Assembly (NCBI GenBank): GCA_965206845.1
Contig: OZ242221.1
Span: 384,001 to 448,000 of the forward strand
Source of the DNA: Cenarchaeum sp.
GTDB lineage: Archaea; Thermoproteota; Nitrososphaeria; Nitrososphaerales; Nitrosopumilaceae
Reading direction: 5' to 3'
Length of the DNA: 64,000 nt
Part shown: positions 21,892-30,960 of the stretch, one piece after another
Position numbering within the stretch: position 1 is the first letter of the stretch
How the letters are laid out: every line of letters begins with the position of its first letter
Translations under genes and position numbers: made by a program
Notes under the pieces: generated by a model
Seen by the model: only the letters and a program-made list of their open reading frames with translations
Database searches by the model: none
Told to the model about the DNA's origin: nothing

Positions 21892-24319
21892 CTACATAAA
21901 ACTGGAGAACATCAGGAGCTATGCCGAGCAGGAGATCACGCTTCCCAGAGGCACCACGCTCTTTGGGGGCGACATCGGCTCCGGAAAATCCACAATTCTC
22001 ATGGGAATAGAGTTTGCCCTGTTCGGCCTGGGATCGCAGAAGGGCAGCGGCCTCCTGTCAAAGAGGAAGGACCACGGCAGCGTCACGCTGGACTTTGAGG
22101 TGGAAGGGCGCCTCTACCAAGTCACGCGCGGCCTGATACGCCGCAATGGCGCGGTATCACAGGACTCCAAAAGATCGCACCTCTGGGAGGATGGTGTAGA
22201 GGAGGCGCTGTCGCCCACCGATCTCAAGCAGAGGATACTAAAGATTCTCGGATTCAACGAACCGCCAAACCCGCGCGCGGAGAGCAGGATCTTCAGGTAT
22301 GCCGTATTCACGCCGCAGGAGGAGATAAAGCACATCCTGAGCGACCCAAGGGACAGACTGGAGACGATCCGCAAGGCCTTTCGCATAGAGGATTATCGGG
22401 ACGCAACAGAGAATGCAGGGCGCGTTGCCGCCCTGCTAAAAGCGCGTACCCGCGTACTCAAGGAGAGGTTCAGGAACCTGGAGGAGCTGAAGGAGAGGCT
22501 CGCCGGCATCACGGATGATATCCGCCGGACAGATGCCAGCATAAGCAGCAAGAAGGAAAAGATAGAGGAGGCAGAGGGCCAGAAGAGAAGTCTGGTGCTT
22601 GAGCAGCAGGGTCTAAAGGAACGGGAAAACGAGGCAGCAAATTTAAAACTGAAGAGAAGAGAGATTGAAGGCGAGATCAGGCTCCACAGTGGGAACGCAA
22701 GGACACTCCAGGCCAAAATACAAAAGTCAGATGAGAGCATCGCCAAAATCCAGACCGAGATCGCCAGACTGGAGAGCAAGAGGCCGCCCACCAGCATGAC
22801 CATGGACCAGCTGAACTACGCAATTGGCCGGCGCTCTGAACTGAGGGCAGAGGAGCGAGGCACGGCATCGCTCATAGGAACGACATCCGCCAGAATAGCA
22901 GACCTGGAGAGAAGGCTGGGGACGCAAAGAGACCGGGACGCAGACGAGCTAAGGAAGGCGATCTCCGAGGCGACATCACAGATTGAGGAATCAGCCAGGA
23001 GGCTAGGAACAATAGACAGCAGGATTAGCGAGCTGAAGGAGGCAGAAGGGATGTTCAAAGGCCAGGTAATGGCAGGCCAGGACGAGCTTGACAGCATTGC
23101 AGGGCTGGGAGCCAGATGCCACACATGCAAAAGCGAGATCACAGCAGAGCACAAGAACCGGCTCGAGTCAGGGATACGGAGCAGGATCCGTGAGGCACAA
23201 AACAGCATCGCAGGGATCACTCAGGAACTAGGGGGGAACAGGTCCGAGAAGGCCAGGCTGGAAGGCGAGACAAGCCAAGACAGGGGAAGCATCAATGCCA
23301 TGGAACGCACCATACCGGATCTGGAGGAGCTGCCCAAGAAGAGGGCCGAGCTGCAGGAGTTGAGGCTGCAGCAAGACAAGATACAGAGCCAGTATGCGGC
23401 CATATCAGAAGAGTTTCCGGACCTGCCGGCGAGCATAACCGACGGCGAGCTGTCGTTGCTCAGGAGAGGGCTCCAGGACTACCAGAGCGCCCAGAACAGC
23501 CTAAAGTACCTGAGGGACAATTTGGAGAGGACACGCGGGGATAGAGAGACGGCAGAACAGGAGAGAGAGTCCGCACACAAGAGAATACAGGAATGCGAAT
23601 CCGACATGGAAGCCACCGACGAGCAGCTGAAGTCATTTGAGGGGATTGCAGGCAAGATGGCAGAGCTTGACCGCGAAATCGAGATCCTTGCAAGAAGCAT
23701 CAGCAGAAGCAACGGAGACATTCGCGCGCTAGAAGAGAGGAAGAGTGCAGATGAGGAGAAGAAGCGCGAGCACGATGCGCAGATTGACGAGGCCAAAAGA
23801 TGGAGGAGTGTGCATGAACGGATCAGCGGCCACCAGAGGTGGATAGAGGACTATTTTATTCCCGCCACCAGGCAGATAGAGAGGCAGGTCATGCTCTCCA
23901 TCCAGCAGCAGTTCAACGACACGTATCGCAGATGGTACTCCATCATGATCGAGGATCCGTCAAAGGAGACGAGGATAGACGAGAACTTTGCCCCCATTGT
24001 GGAGCAGGACGGGTTTGAACAGGAGATCGGCTTTCTCTCCGGCGGCGAGAAGACCGGGATAGCCCTGGCCTACCGGCTTACGCTGAACGCGCTGATGAGA
24101 AGTGAGACCGAAAGCATGAAGTCCAACCTCCTGATTCTTGATGAACCCACGGATGGGTTCTCAGACGGTCAGCTCCACAAGATGAAGGAGGTTCTGGACG
24201 AGATGAGATCAGAGCAGACAATCCTGGTATCGCACGACCGTGAGCTTGAGACCTTTGCAGACAGCGTCTTTGACGTGTCAAAGGAGAGCGGCGAGTCAAG
24301 AGTGGTTCCCCACCAATGA
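21881..24319 (+). CDS. rad50: Rad50 ATPase
   Basis: Walker A GDIGSGKST, long coiled coil with central CHTC zinc hook, LSGGE, ILDEPT, VSH. Confidence 0.93.
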   Translation: MILNYIKLENIRSYAEQEITLPRGTTLFGGDIGSGKSTILMGIEFALFGLGSQKGSGLLSKRKDHGSVTLDFEVEGRLYQVTRGLIRRNGAVSQDSKRSHLWEDGVEEALSPTDLKQRILKILGFNEPPNPRAESRIFRYAVFTPQEEIKHILSDPRDRLETIRKAFRIEDYRDATENAGRVAALLKARTRVLKERFRNLEELKERLAGITDDIRRTDASISSKKEKIEEAEGQKRSLVLEQQGLKERENEAANLKLKRREIEGEIRLHSGNARTLQAKIQKSDESIAKIQTEIARLESKRPPTSMTMDQLNYAIGRRSELRAEERGTASLIGTTSARIADLERRLGTQRDRDADELRKAISEATSQIEESARRLGTIDSRISELKEAEGMFKGQVMAGQDELDSIAGLGARCHTCKSEITAEHKNRLESGIRSRIREAQNSIAGITQELGGNRSEKARLEGETSQDRGSINAMERTIPDLEELPKKRAELQELRLQQDKIQSQYAAISEEFPDLPASITDGELSLLRRGLQDYQSAQNSLKYLRDNLERTRGDRETAEQERESAHKRIQECESDMEATDEQLKSFEGIAGKMAELDREIEILARSISRSNGDIRALEERKSADEEKKREHDAQIDEAKRWRSVHERISGHQRWIEDYFIPATRQIERQVMLSIQQQFNDTYRRWYSIMIEDPSKETRIDENFAPIVEQDGFEQEIGFLSGGEKTGIALAYRLTLNALMRSETESMKSNLLILDEPTDGFSDGQLHKMKEVLDEMRSEQTILVSHDRELETFADSVFDVSKESGESRVVPHQ

Positions 24320-24366
24320 TCACCCCTGGATGAAACAAAAAAGCGGGCCGCGCCGGCCCGCGGGCT

Positions 24367-24927
24367 TTATTCGCTCGTAATGGGCGAGTTGAGTATCTTA
24401 TTCTTCTTGGGTGGCAAGCCCATCGCGCCTTTGGCAGTCAGCTCGTACCCGGTGGGTGGCCTGCGCTGCGTATCGCACGGCAGGTTGTCTGGGTTTATGC
24501 AGGCGCAGTGGGCCTGACCGGCGGCCTTGGCCAGTCCCTTGTCGCATGTGACCAGGGTTGTCTTTTTGTCCCTGGCAAAGACAAGGATATCGCTGTCTCC
24601 CGTATGCAGGGTCGCGTAGCGCTTCTCCAGCCGTTTTGCCTCGGTGTGCTGCAGGTGGGTAATCTGCTCATATCGGACCGGCGCCTTCAACCGACGGAAG
24701 ACAAGATCCTCGATGGTGGCGTAGTCATAGCCGTGCCGGGATGCTTCTTCGAGCGCCTTTGAGGTTACAACAACGTACGAGTCCTCAAAGCCGATGCGGC
24801 ACGACAGGGAGACCGCAAAGTTTTCGTTGTCACAGATGCGCCTGAGGACGCATGTATCCAGAACATAGCCGGTTTTGCCGGCAGTTTTCATACTTTCGAA
24901 CATACCATCATGTGGTTTTATTATCAT
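24367..24927 (-). CDS. PIN-domain ribonuclease (start could be at 24903 or 24891)
   Basis: VLDTC, EE, HTGD..IL.FA, LVTCD: all four PIN acidic positions are present. Confidence 0.75.
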   Translation of the reverse strand: MIIKPHDGMFESMKTAGKTGYVLDTCVLRRICDNENFAVSLSCRIGFEDSYVVVTSKALEEASRHGYDYATIEDLVFRRLKAPVRYEQITHLQHTEAKRLEKRYATLHTGDSDILVFARDKKTTLVTCDKGLAKAAGQAHCACINPDNLPCDTQRRPPTGYELTAKGAMGLPPKKNKILNSPITSE

Positions 24928-25111
24928 ATAAGGTTATCTCCATATTTTATAACAACTAGATCTATTTTTAAATACATATAAAATATGGTTATTACATATA
25001 AAGATGTCAATTACACGCGTTCCAATCTTACATACGTTTTAACACGACCTTATTTGGTCAAAATATCAATTGTAAATACAGTATTTATACGAGTATTCAA
25101 TATAATAGGTA
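24928..25111. promoter_or_regulatory. Very AT-rich divergent control region with palindromes and repeats
   Basis: 12-bp inverted repeat ccatattttata/tataaaatatgg (24940-24951, 24977-24988); direct repeat tacatataaa (24973, 24993); palindrome taaatac-a-gtattta (25073-25087). Confidence 0.6.
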
Positions 25112-26356
25112 GTGGGAGAGAAGATACAGTACAACGTTTTAGGCATCTATGAGACGAAGATCCGCGAGCTCGTGGAGGACGGCAGGTACAGAAATCCTGA
25201 TGACTTTATCAGGTCGGCGATCGAGCTCCTGCTGACCTGGGAGAGCCCCCATCCAGAGGAGTGCTTTGATCTGCTGCGAAGCCTGATGCCGTTTTCGGCA
25301 GGGCAGGAGGCATTCCTGAAGAGATCCATGTTCCGCCACATACTGCAGGAGCAGTTCGGGGAGCTGCAGATCGACCGGGAGATGAACGAGGCGCAGAGGC
25401 AGGAGGTTCTGGCCCTGAGCGACGATGACTACCTGAACCTGCAGCACAACATGCTGCAGGTAATGGAGCATGCGAGATCGCTGAGGATTACAGAGCCGGA
25501 GAGCGCAATCCCGTACGACCGGTACCCGCTGCTGCTCGGCTTTTACAGCCGGATTCTTCCGGTAAAGATCGTCCTTGCGGTTCTGGGAAATCTTCTGGAG
25601 AGGGACAAGACGGCAAGCGTGGAGATCTCCGAGCTGCGCGCCCACGCGTACGACATTGCCGAGGAGATCTCCATAATACTGAGCGACTACGAGAAGGGGA
25701 ACAGCATCCCAAGGAACAGGAAGATGTCGACAGGGCTTCCCAAGAAGGGAAACGACGAGGAAGACAGGGAGAAGATAACAATGGCCCAGAAGAGGTTCAA
25801 GGATCAGTACGTTGGGAAGGTAAGAAGGAGCAGGGTTACAAAGACGGAGTACTTTGAGGGGGCGCTCTCCGCACTGGGACTTGCATACGCGACACACGCA
25901 GACGGCAGGACGCTTGTCTCGCTGACGGAGCTGGGCAGAAGGTTCCTTCTGATGGAGAACCCGATAATCCAGGGAAGGTACGCCCAGGGGTCGCTGACAG
26001 GCGAGGAGTCGGAGTTTGTCCTAAACGAGCTCATACCGCAGCGGGATCTGGAGAAGCGGTTTGTGGATGCGGCCATATCGGCAGTCAGGAATTTTGGCGA
26101 CAACACGGATGAGGGCGGCACGAAGATGACCCATGTCCTGAACTCTGAGATCCGCAGGATTGCAGGGGAGTACGCGGCAAAAAACCCCCAGCTGGTAAGG
26201 ACGCATAACATCAGCACGCTGGATCACCCAATCGAGGCAGAGAGAAAGATCACACAGTGGAGGGTAGCCACCATGGGCAGGCTCGCCGAGCTCGGGGCGG
26301 TCAGGTGGACAATAGACAGCAAGGGGGACTCGGTGTACACGCTCGCAGACCCGTAG
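25112..26356 (+). CDS. Uncharacterised DNA-binding protein: N-terminal ribbon-helix-helix plus probable winged-helix domains
   Basis: IRELVEDGRYRNPDDFIRSAIELLL (RHH/CopG-like); wHTH-like wing motifs LSALGL...VSLTELGRRF and RLAELGAV...VYTL. Confidence 0.6.
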   Translation: MGEKIQYNVLGIYETKIRELVEDGRYRNPDDFIRSAIELLLTWESPHPEECFDLLRSLMPFSAGQEAFLKRSMFRHILQEQFGELQIDREMNEAQRQEVLALSDDDYLNLQHNMLQVMEHARSLRITEPESAIPYDRYPLLLGFYSRILPVKIVLAVLGNLLERDKTASVEISELRAHAYDIAEEISIILSDYEKGNSIPRNRKMSTGLPKKGNDEEDREKITMAQKRFKDQYVGKVRRSRVTKTEYFEGALSALGLAYATHADGRTLVSLTELGRRFLLMENPIIQGRYAQGSLTGEESEFVLNELIPQRDLEKRFVDAAISAVRNFGDNTDEGGTKMTHVLNSEIRRIAGEYAAKNPQLVRTHNISTLDHPIEAERKITQWRVATMGRLAELGAVRWTIDSKGDSVYTLADP

Positions 26357-26556
26357 CCGCACGCCGCAGCTCCCCGGCACTGCCTGCAATCCTGCCTCCA
26401 GGCCATCTCACTGCATCACCGGATGCGCAGGCGCCGCACCCGGCTGCCGCCCTAGCGTGATCGGCCGTCTTGCAGCCACGACGCTCTCCTGTCACGCCGC
26501 CGGACACCCTGTCGGATCTAGATCCCTTCCTGAACACCGGGCAGTCGGCCACAGGC

Positions 26557-27120
26557 CTATGGAACGACGCTGACCACGTGGATCTCTACCGTCTCGCCCT
26601 GAGCATCGCTGGGGCCAGAATGCGGAAAGTGGGCCATCCCGTGGGAGTGCGGAACCGCGGCAGTCTTTACGTGCACCGCAAAGTCGCCCGGGGCCGGCGG
26701 GGTAACGGAGAGCTCAATGTGGTACCGCTCCCCGGCCCCGACATCGCTGCTGGTCGACTCGATGGACGCGTAGGCGCTACCGTCAGATCCGGCGCCATAG
26801 ACCGAGCGTGGCGGGTCGCCCGCTGCCGCATATCTTGGGGGCAGGTCAAAGTCATACCCCACAAGATCCACATGCGCACCGGCATCCTCCAAGCCGGGAA
26901 AGCCGACCGATGTCACCACGAAATCCGCAAAGTCGCGGTCGTTTACCACGTCCACCCGCAGGCGAAACGACTCGCCCAGGGAGATCACGTCATCGGACAC
27001 GGTGACGGAATGGACCGGTGCAGGATACGAGGTATAGCTCTCCAGGTATAGCGGCGGCACCACCGCCACCATAACTGCAAAGTATGCCGCCACCGCCGCG
27101 ATCACCACCAGTACCTTCAT
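26557..27120 (-). CDS. Membrane-anchored/secreted beta-sandwich protein of unknown function
   Basis: Hydrophobic N-terminal segment followed by a beta-rich acidic domain; TATA-like tattaaa at 27144-27150. Confidence 0.6.
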   Translation of the reverse strand: MKVLVVIAAVAAYFAVMVAVVPPLYLESYTSYPAPVHSVTVSDDVISLGESFRLRVDVVNDRDFADFVVTSVGFPGLEDAGAHVDLVGYDFDLPPRYAAAGDPPRSVYGAGSDGSAYASIESTSSDVGAGERYHIELSVTPPAPGDFAVHVKTAAVPHSHGMAHFPHSGPSDAQGETVEIHVVSVVP

Positions 27121-27139
27121 CGCTCACTGTTTGTGCAGG

Positions 27140-27340
27140 GTGGTTTAATAGTTGATCAGGGAATTATATACAAAAGTACACAGTACCTTTGCCTTTTGCT
27201 GGCGCTCTTGCACTGCCTCCCACGCTTGGCTCTCGCGTGCTGTTTGCGGAACGCGCGGGAGCAATCCCGCGCTGACTTCTCGCGCCTTCAGACGACAATC
27301 CCTGCCGCCCTGCCGCCACGGCTTCCGCCCTGGAGGCAAT
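27140..27340 (-). ncRNA. Predicted omegaRNA/reRNA scaffold plus flanking guide
   Basis: The region after RuvC-III overlaps the element end, as in TnpB systems, and contains an 8-bp hairpin gcgcggga-N4-tcccgcgc (27253-27272). Boundaries are inferred. Confidence 0.45.
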
Positions 27341-29076
27341 GTTATGCGCGGCATTCACGTCCGCGTCGATGTCATTGTAACACTTGTCATTGGTGCAGCG
27401 GAACTCCCCCCGCGACACCCTGGATTCCTTGTCCTTGCGCCCGCAGGCGCTGCATGTTATGCTCGTCCCCTTGGGGTCCACCATTATCACGGTGACGCCC
27501 GCGTTCTTGCAGGCGCCCTTTATCTGGCGCTGGAACGTGCCCGGCCTCGAGTAGGCCATCTCGCGGTTGAGCCCCGTCTTTGCCGAGCTTCCCTTGCCCT
27601 TTACCTTGGCTGTCATGTTGTTGAGGTCCAGATCCTCCATAACCACCGTTCCCGCGCCGTCCGCTATCTTCTTGGAGGCGTGCCTTTCCCAGTTCGTCTG
27701 GCGGTTGGCTATCTTTTCCCTCTTTTTCCGGATCCTCCTGTGGAGTTCCTTGTAGCCCCTTGACTTTGGCTTCCTCGGCTTGTTCCTGTTGTGGCCGCTG
27801 GTGTTGTTCTTGGTGTCGCCGTTGGTGCCGGTACCACCGTCCGCGCCCTCGCTTACGCCGTCCGCGCCCTCCTTGGCGTCCTGCCTGATCCTGCGGTTGC
27901 CGCGTCCCCCGCGCTTCCGTGAGAGCTCCGAGTACATTTTCGATATGTCGTCGTTCTTGGAGCGCCTGCAGCCCTTGGGGAGGTCATAAAACGCGTGGCT
28001 GCCCGTGTCCAGGTCGACTGTGGCGGCGCCATGGACTATGCCCATATCGACCCCGCGTACGGTGCCGGATTCCGATGACTCTGGAGCCCTGGTTTTGACC
28101 TGGATGTGGAGCCTGTATGTCCTGTTGTGGCTCTCGGTGCGCTTGGTCGTCTTCTTCGTGGTCTCGACGAGCTGGAAGGATCGCATGTCCAATCCCTCCA
28201 CGTTGCCGTGCACCCTCACGGTGCCTATGGCGGGAAGGTGCAGCAGGCCGTTGCCCTTGTACACGGGACGCTTGAACACAGTTAGGGCCTTCGTTTCCCC
28301 CTTTTTGCTGAACAGGGTGTCCCTGAAGCGCCACTTGTTCCTCTTGTTGCTCCACTTGTTGGACGGCAGGTTGGGCGCGGTGTCGATGTCCTTGACGCCC
28401 TCCTTTTCCCTGTATTTCCTGGCCAGGTACTTCCATAATGACTTGTTGCGGCGCTTTTTGCCGTTTGACTTCATGAACTTCTTTACCGCGTCCAGGCCCT
28501 GCTGGAGCCCCGCCCTCTGCACCCTGCTGTCGCAGGCCTCCCTGAGTCCTGCTGCCGGCGCGTCCTCGTCGTGTACGAGCCACGCCCTCCCGTCCCTCCA
28601 TTTGGTGAGCATGCTGTTGAGGTCGAACTTGGTTGTCCTCGGGTCGTTGAGCTTCTCCTTGACTGCCATGTTGAATGCCCACCTCTGCTGGTCCATGTGA
28701 CGGGATATGAGATCCGACAGCTCTCCGGACTGGTCAAAGTCCACCTTTATGGTGCGCACCATGGAGCCCTCCATTGAGCGCCTTGGCCACTTTTTTGGCT
28801 TCTGCGGCGCCGTAGATGCCGCTGTTGGGGTTGCAGCTGCAGGCGCTGTTGCCGCCATTCTGGCTTTCATCTCTACAGGAACATACCACGTGTTGCATAA
28901 AAGGTGACGCGGCGCCGCCGCGCCGGCCGTCAGCCCTGCAATGGCGACCGATGCCGTTGTGCGGCCCGTGCGGTTCCGGCCGTCATGGTTGCCGCGCGGG
29001 CGCCGCGCAATGGAAGCGCGCCCGACGTGAAGCCGAAAAAGTGTAGAAGGCCGGTGTACTTTTGTATATAATTCCC
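27159..29076 (-). mobile_element. Non-autonomous TIR transposon carrying only tnpB
   Basis: Perfect 23-bp TIRs gggaattatatacaaaagtacac (27159-27181 and reverse complement 29054-29076); 8-bp direct repeat gttgatca on both flanks (27151-27158, 29077-29084). Confidence 0.92.
27164..28870 (-). CDS. tnpB: RNA-guided endonuclease TnpB, 568 aa
   Basis: RuvC-I RGVDMG, RuvC-II VVMEDL, TSITCSACG...FRC...C zinc finger, RuvC-III DADVNAAHNI. TATA-like ttttatg lies about 26 nt upstream of ATG 28870, and the stop codon lies inside the TIR. Confidence 0.9.
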   Translation of the reverse strand: MKARMAATAPAAATPTAASTAPQKPKKWPRRSMEGSMVRTIKVDFDQSGELSDLISRHMDQQRWAFNMAVKEKLNDPRTTKFDLNSMLTKWRDGRAWLVHDEDAPAAGLREACDSRVQRAGLQQGLDAVKKFMKSNGKKRRNKSLWKYLARKYREKEGVKDIDTAPNLPSNKWSNKRNKWRFRDTLFSKKGETKALTVFKRPVYKGNGLLHLPAIGTVRVHGNVEGLDMRSFQLVETTKKTTKRTESHNRTYRLHIQVKTRAPESSESGTVRGVDMGIVHGAATVDLDTGSHAFYDLPKGCRRSKNDDISKMYSELSRKRGGRGNRRIRQDAKEGADGVSEGADGGTGTNGDTKNNTSGHNRNKPRKPKSRGYKELHRRIRKKREKIANRQTNWERHASKKIADGAGTVVMEDLDLNNMTAKVKGKGSSAKTGLNREMAYSRPGTFQRQIKGACKNAGVTVIMVDPKGTSITCSACGRKDKESRVSRGEFRCTNDKCYNDIDADVNAAHNIASRAEAVAAGRQGLSSEGARSQRGIAPARSANSTREPSVGGSARAPAKGKGTVYFCI

Positions 29077-29183
29077 GTTGATCACACCGGGGGTTTGCTG
29101 CTTCCGCCCCGGGGCACTCTGCCCTGGCGCGGCCCGGGCAGCAGACAGAATACATTAAATGAATCCAGACACAGGGATACACC

Positions 29184-30263
29184 ATGGAGGTTTCGCAGGC
29201 GCCGGCCCTGATGTCTGCGCGCAAGAGGTTCCTGCTTGCCAGCATGACAGTCAGCCTTGGCTCCATGATAACCATCACGGCCGGATTCTGGGACGTCATG
29301 AACCACGTCCTAAACAGGCCGGAGTCGTTCTTCTCCCCTCCCCACGCCATGCTCTACTCTGGCGTCGCGATCGCCCTGGCCGGATCAGTCATGGCATTTG
29401 TGTTCTGGAGGGGGCTCGATCCGTCCGCACGGGCGGCCTGGCGCTTTCCCTTCAGGCTGGGCATCGTGGGAATCTTCATCCTGGTCGGGGCCGGCCCCGC
29501 AGACTTTGCGTGGCACTCGAACTTTGGCCTGGACGGGCTGCTCTCGCCCCCTCACCAGGTTCTGCTTGCGGGCATGCTGCTGTGCGCCGTCGCCCCGGCA
29601 GTCGTGATTCTTCGCTACGGAATGGACCACGTACGATCCCGCGGCGCCCTCACGGGCATGGCCATATTCTCGCTTCTTCCGGTGTGGATGAGCGCAACGG
29701 GATTCCTGTACTCGTACACCCTGCCGTTCTCAAACACCGACTTTTTCACCTACAATCCCGACATCTGGTTTGCGGTGGTATTTGCCACCGTGTCGATGCC
29801 GTTCCTGTACGCCATAGTCCTCACTCTGGCGTCCCGGCTGGTCCGATACCGGTTTGGGGCGGTGTCCGGCCTGGGCTTTATGCTGCTGGCGATAAACGCG
29901 GCAAGCGTCATAGCCTCAAACCCCGCCCTCGTCGAGACGATTCCGTTCTACTTTCTGACCATGATACCGTTTGTGGCAGCCGACATCATGATGGCAACGT
30001 ACAGGAACAGGGCTGGCATTGCAGCCGCCGGGGCCATCATAGGATCCGCCTTTTACTTTGCATATTTCCCGTTTGTGACGTACGTCTACAACGAGGTGAT
30101 CTTTACCCGTGCAATATCGGGCAGCGTCACGTTCCAGGTCTTCTTTGAGCAGCTTCCCGTGGTGCTGCCGGCGGTGATAGGCCCCGCCGTCATAATGGGA
30201 ATCCTGGGCGCGATACTCAGCGGGAGGCTTGAGGCGCTAATAGTCGGGCACCGCGCCAGGTAG
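29184..30263 (+). CDS. Polytopic membrane protein with two DxxxH-x12-H motifs
   Basis: Many TM segments; WDVMNHVLNRPESFFSPPH and ADFAWHSNFGLDGLLSPPH. Confidence 0.8.
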   Translation: MEVSQAPALMSARKRFLLASMTVSLGSMITITAGFWDVMNHVLNRPESFFSPPHAMLYSGVAIALAGSVMAFVFWRGLDPSARAAWRFPFRLGIVGIFILVGAGPADFAWHSNFGLDGLLSPPHQVLLAGMLLCAVAPAVVILRYGMDHVRSRGALTGMAIFSLLPVWMSATGFLYSYTLPFSNTDFFTYNPDIWFAVVFATVSMPFLYAIVLTLASRLVRYRFGAVSGLGFMLLAINAASVIASNPALVETIPFYFLTMIPFVAADIMMATYRNRAGIAAAGAIIGSAFYFAYFPFVTYVYNEVIFTRAISGSVTFQVFFEQLPVVLPAVIGPAVIMGILGAILSGRLEALIVGHRAR

Positions 30264-30479
30264 CCGCGGTTCCCCAAACGGCACACCCTGCGGCAGGGCC
30301 CGCAGCGGTCTTTTGCGGCACCAGAAACAGCGCGGCCTGGGCCCGATGGCAGGCGGCGCCGGATTCGGCGCCACATCGTGTAAAAAAAAAATATGCCGCA
30401 TCAGCGGCTGCGGTAGATCAGGGGGTCTTCGTCGTCGTCAAACTCCCGTATTATGCGCGGGAAGAATCCCTTGGACATC

Positions 30480-30895
30480 TCAGATACCCCCTACCTCTGA
30501 CGGGCGGAACGATGCGACCCCGACCCACTGGGACACGCGGTGAAGATCTTCGTCCCGCGTCACAAGGGGGAGGCTCCTCTCACGGCAGAATGCCAGGATA
30601 CGGTTGTCGCCGTGGTGGCACATGTGGTACCTGGAGCTCAAGCGCTCTGCCTCGGCGATGTGCCGTTCCTCTATTGAGATCACGTCCACCTCCCGCCCAA
30701 GGAGTCTCTGAATCCTTGCGGATATGCTGTGCACATCAAATCCACGACCTTCTTTGCCTCGCGGCACACCACGTCGGTCAGCACGAACCTGATCGACTTG
30801 CCGCGGAGCCGTCTGCGCATCTTCTGGGCAAAGATGTCAGCCTCCATGATGTCGATCACCATGCAGGTATCAAGCACAACTTGTCTTTGTGTCAT
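30480..30895 (-). pseudogene. PIN-domain ribonuclease with a 1-nt frameshift near 30746
   Basis: MTQRQVVLDTC...REAKKV is in one frame and RGFDVH...EAERL..RY...HHGDNRIL.F...LVTRD is in another; paralogue of 24367..24927. Confidence 0.75.
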
Positions 30896-30936
30896 GAGTA
30901 TAATGGGTCGAAAGCAATTATTATATACCGTTACAT

Positions 30937-30950
30937 TAGTATGCATACTA
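30937..30950. promoter_or_regulatory. Perfect 14-bp palindrome TAGTATGCATACTA, putative autoregulatory operator
   Basis: Lies between ttatata (30921-30927) and the ATG at 30961, in the 65-bp divergent spacer. Confidence 0.65.
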
Positions 30951-30960
30951 TACAGACTAA

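Noticed and set aside
17990-24319. HerA/nuclease cluster as an antiphage system
   Set aside because: It is the standard archaeal nurA-herA-mre11-rad50 repair operon.
27152-27156. TTGAT (ISDra2 TAM) inside the TSD
   Set aside because: It is on the opposite strand and in the wrong position for an IS605-type TAM. A 5-mer match is likely chance unless other copies share it.
28871-29350. 728-aa version of the TnpB ORF
   Set aside because: The extension crosses the TIR/TSD boundary into the antisense strand of the next gene. A TATA-like box supports the start at 28870.
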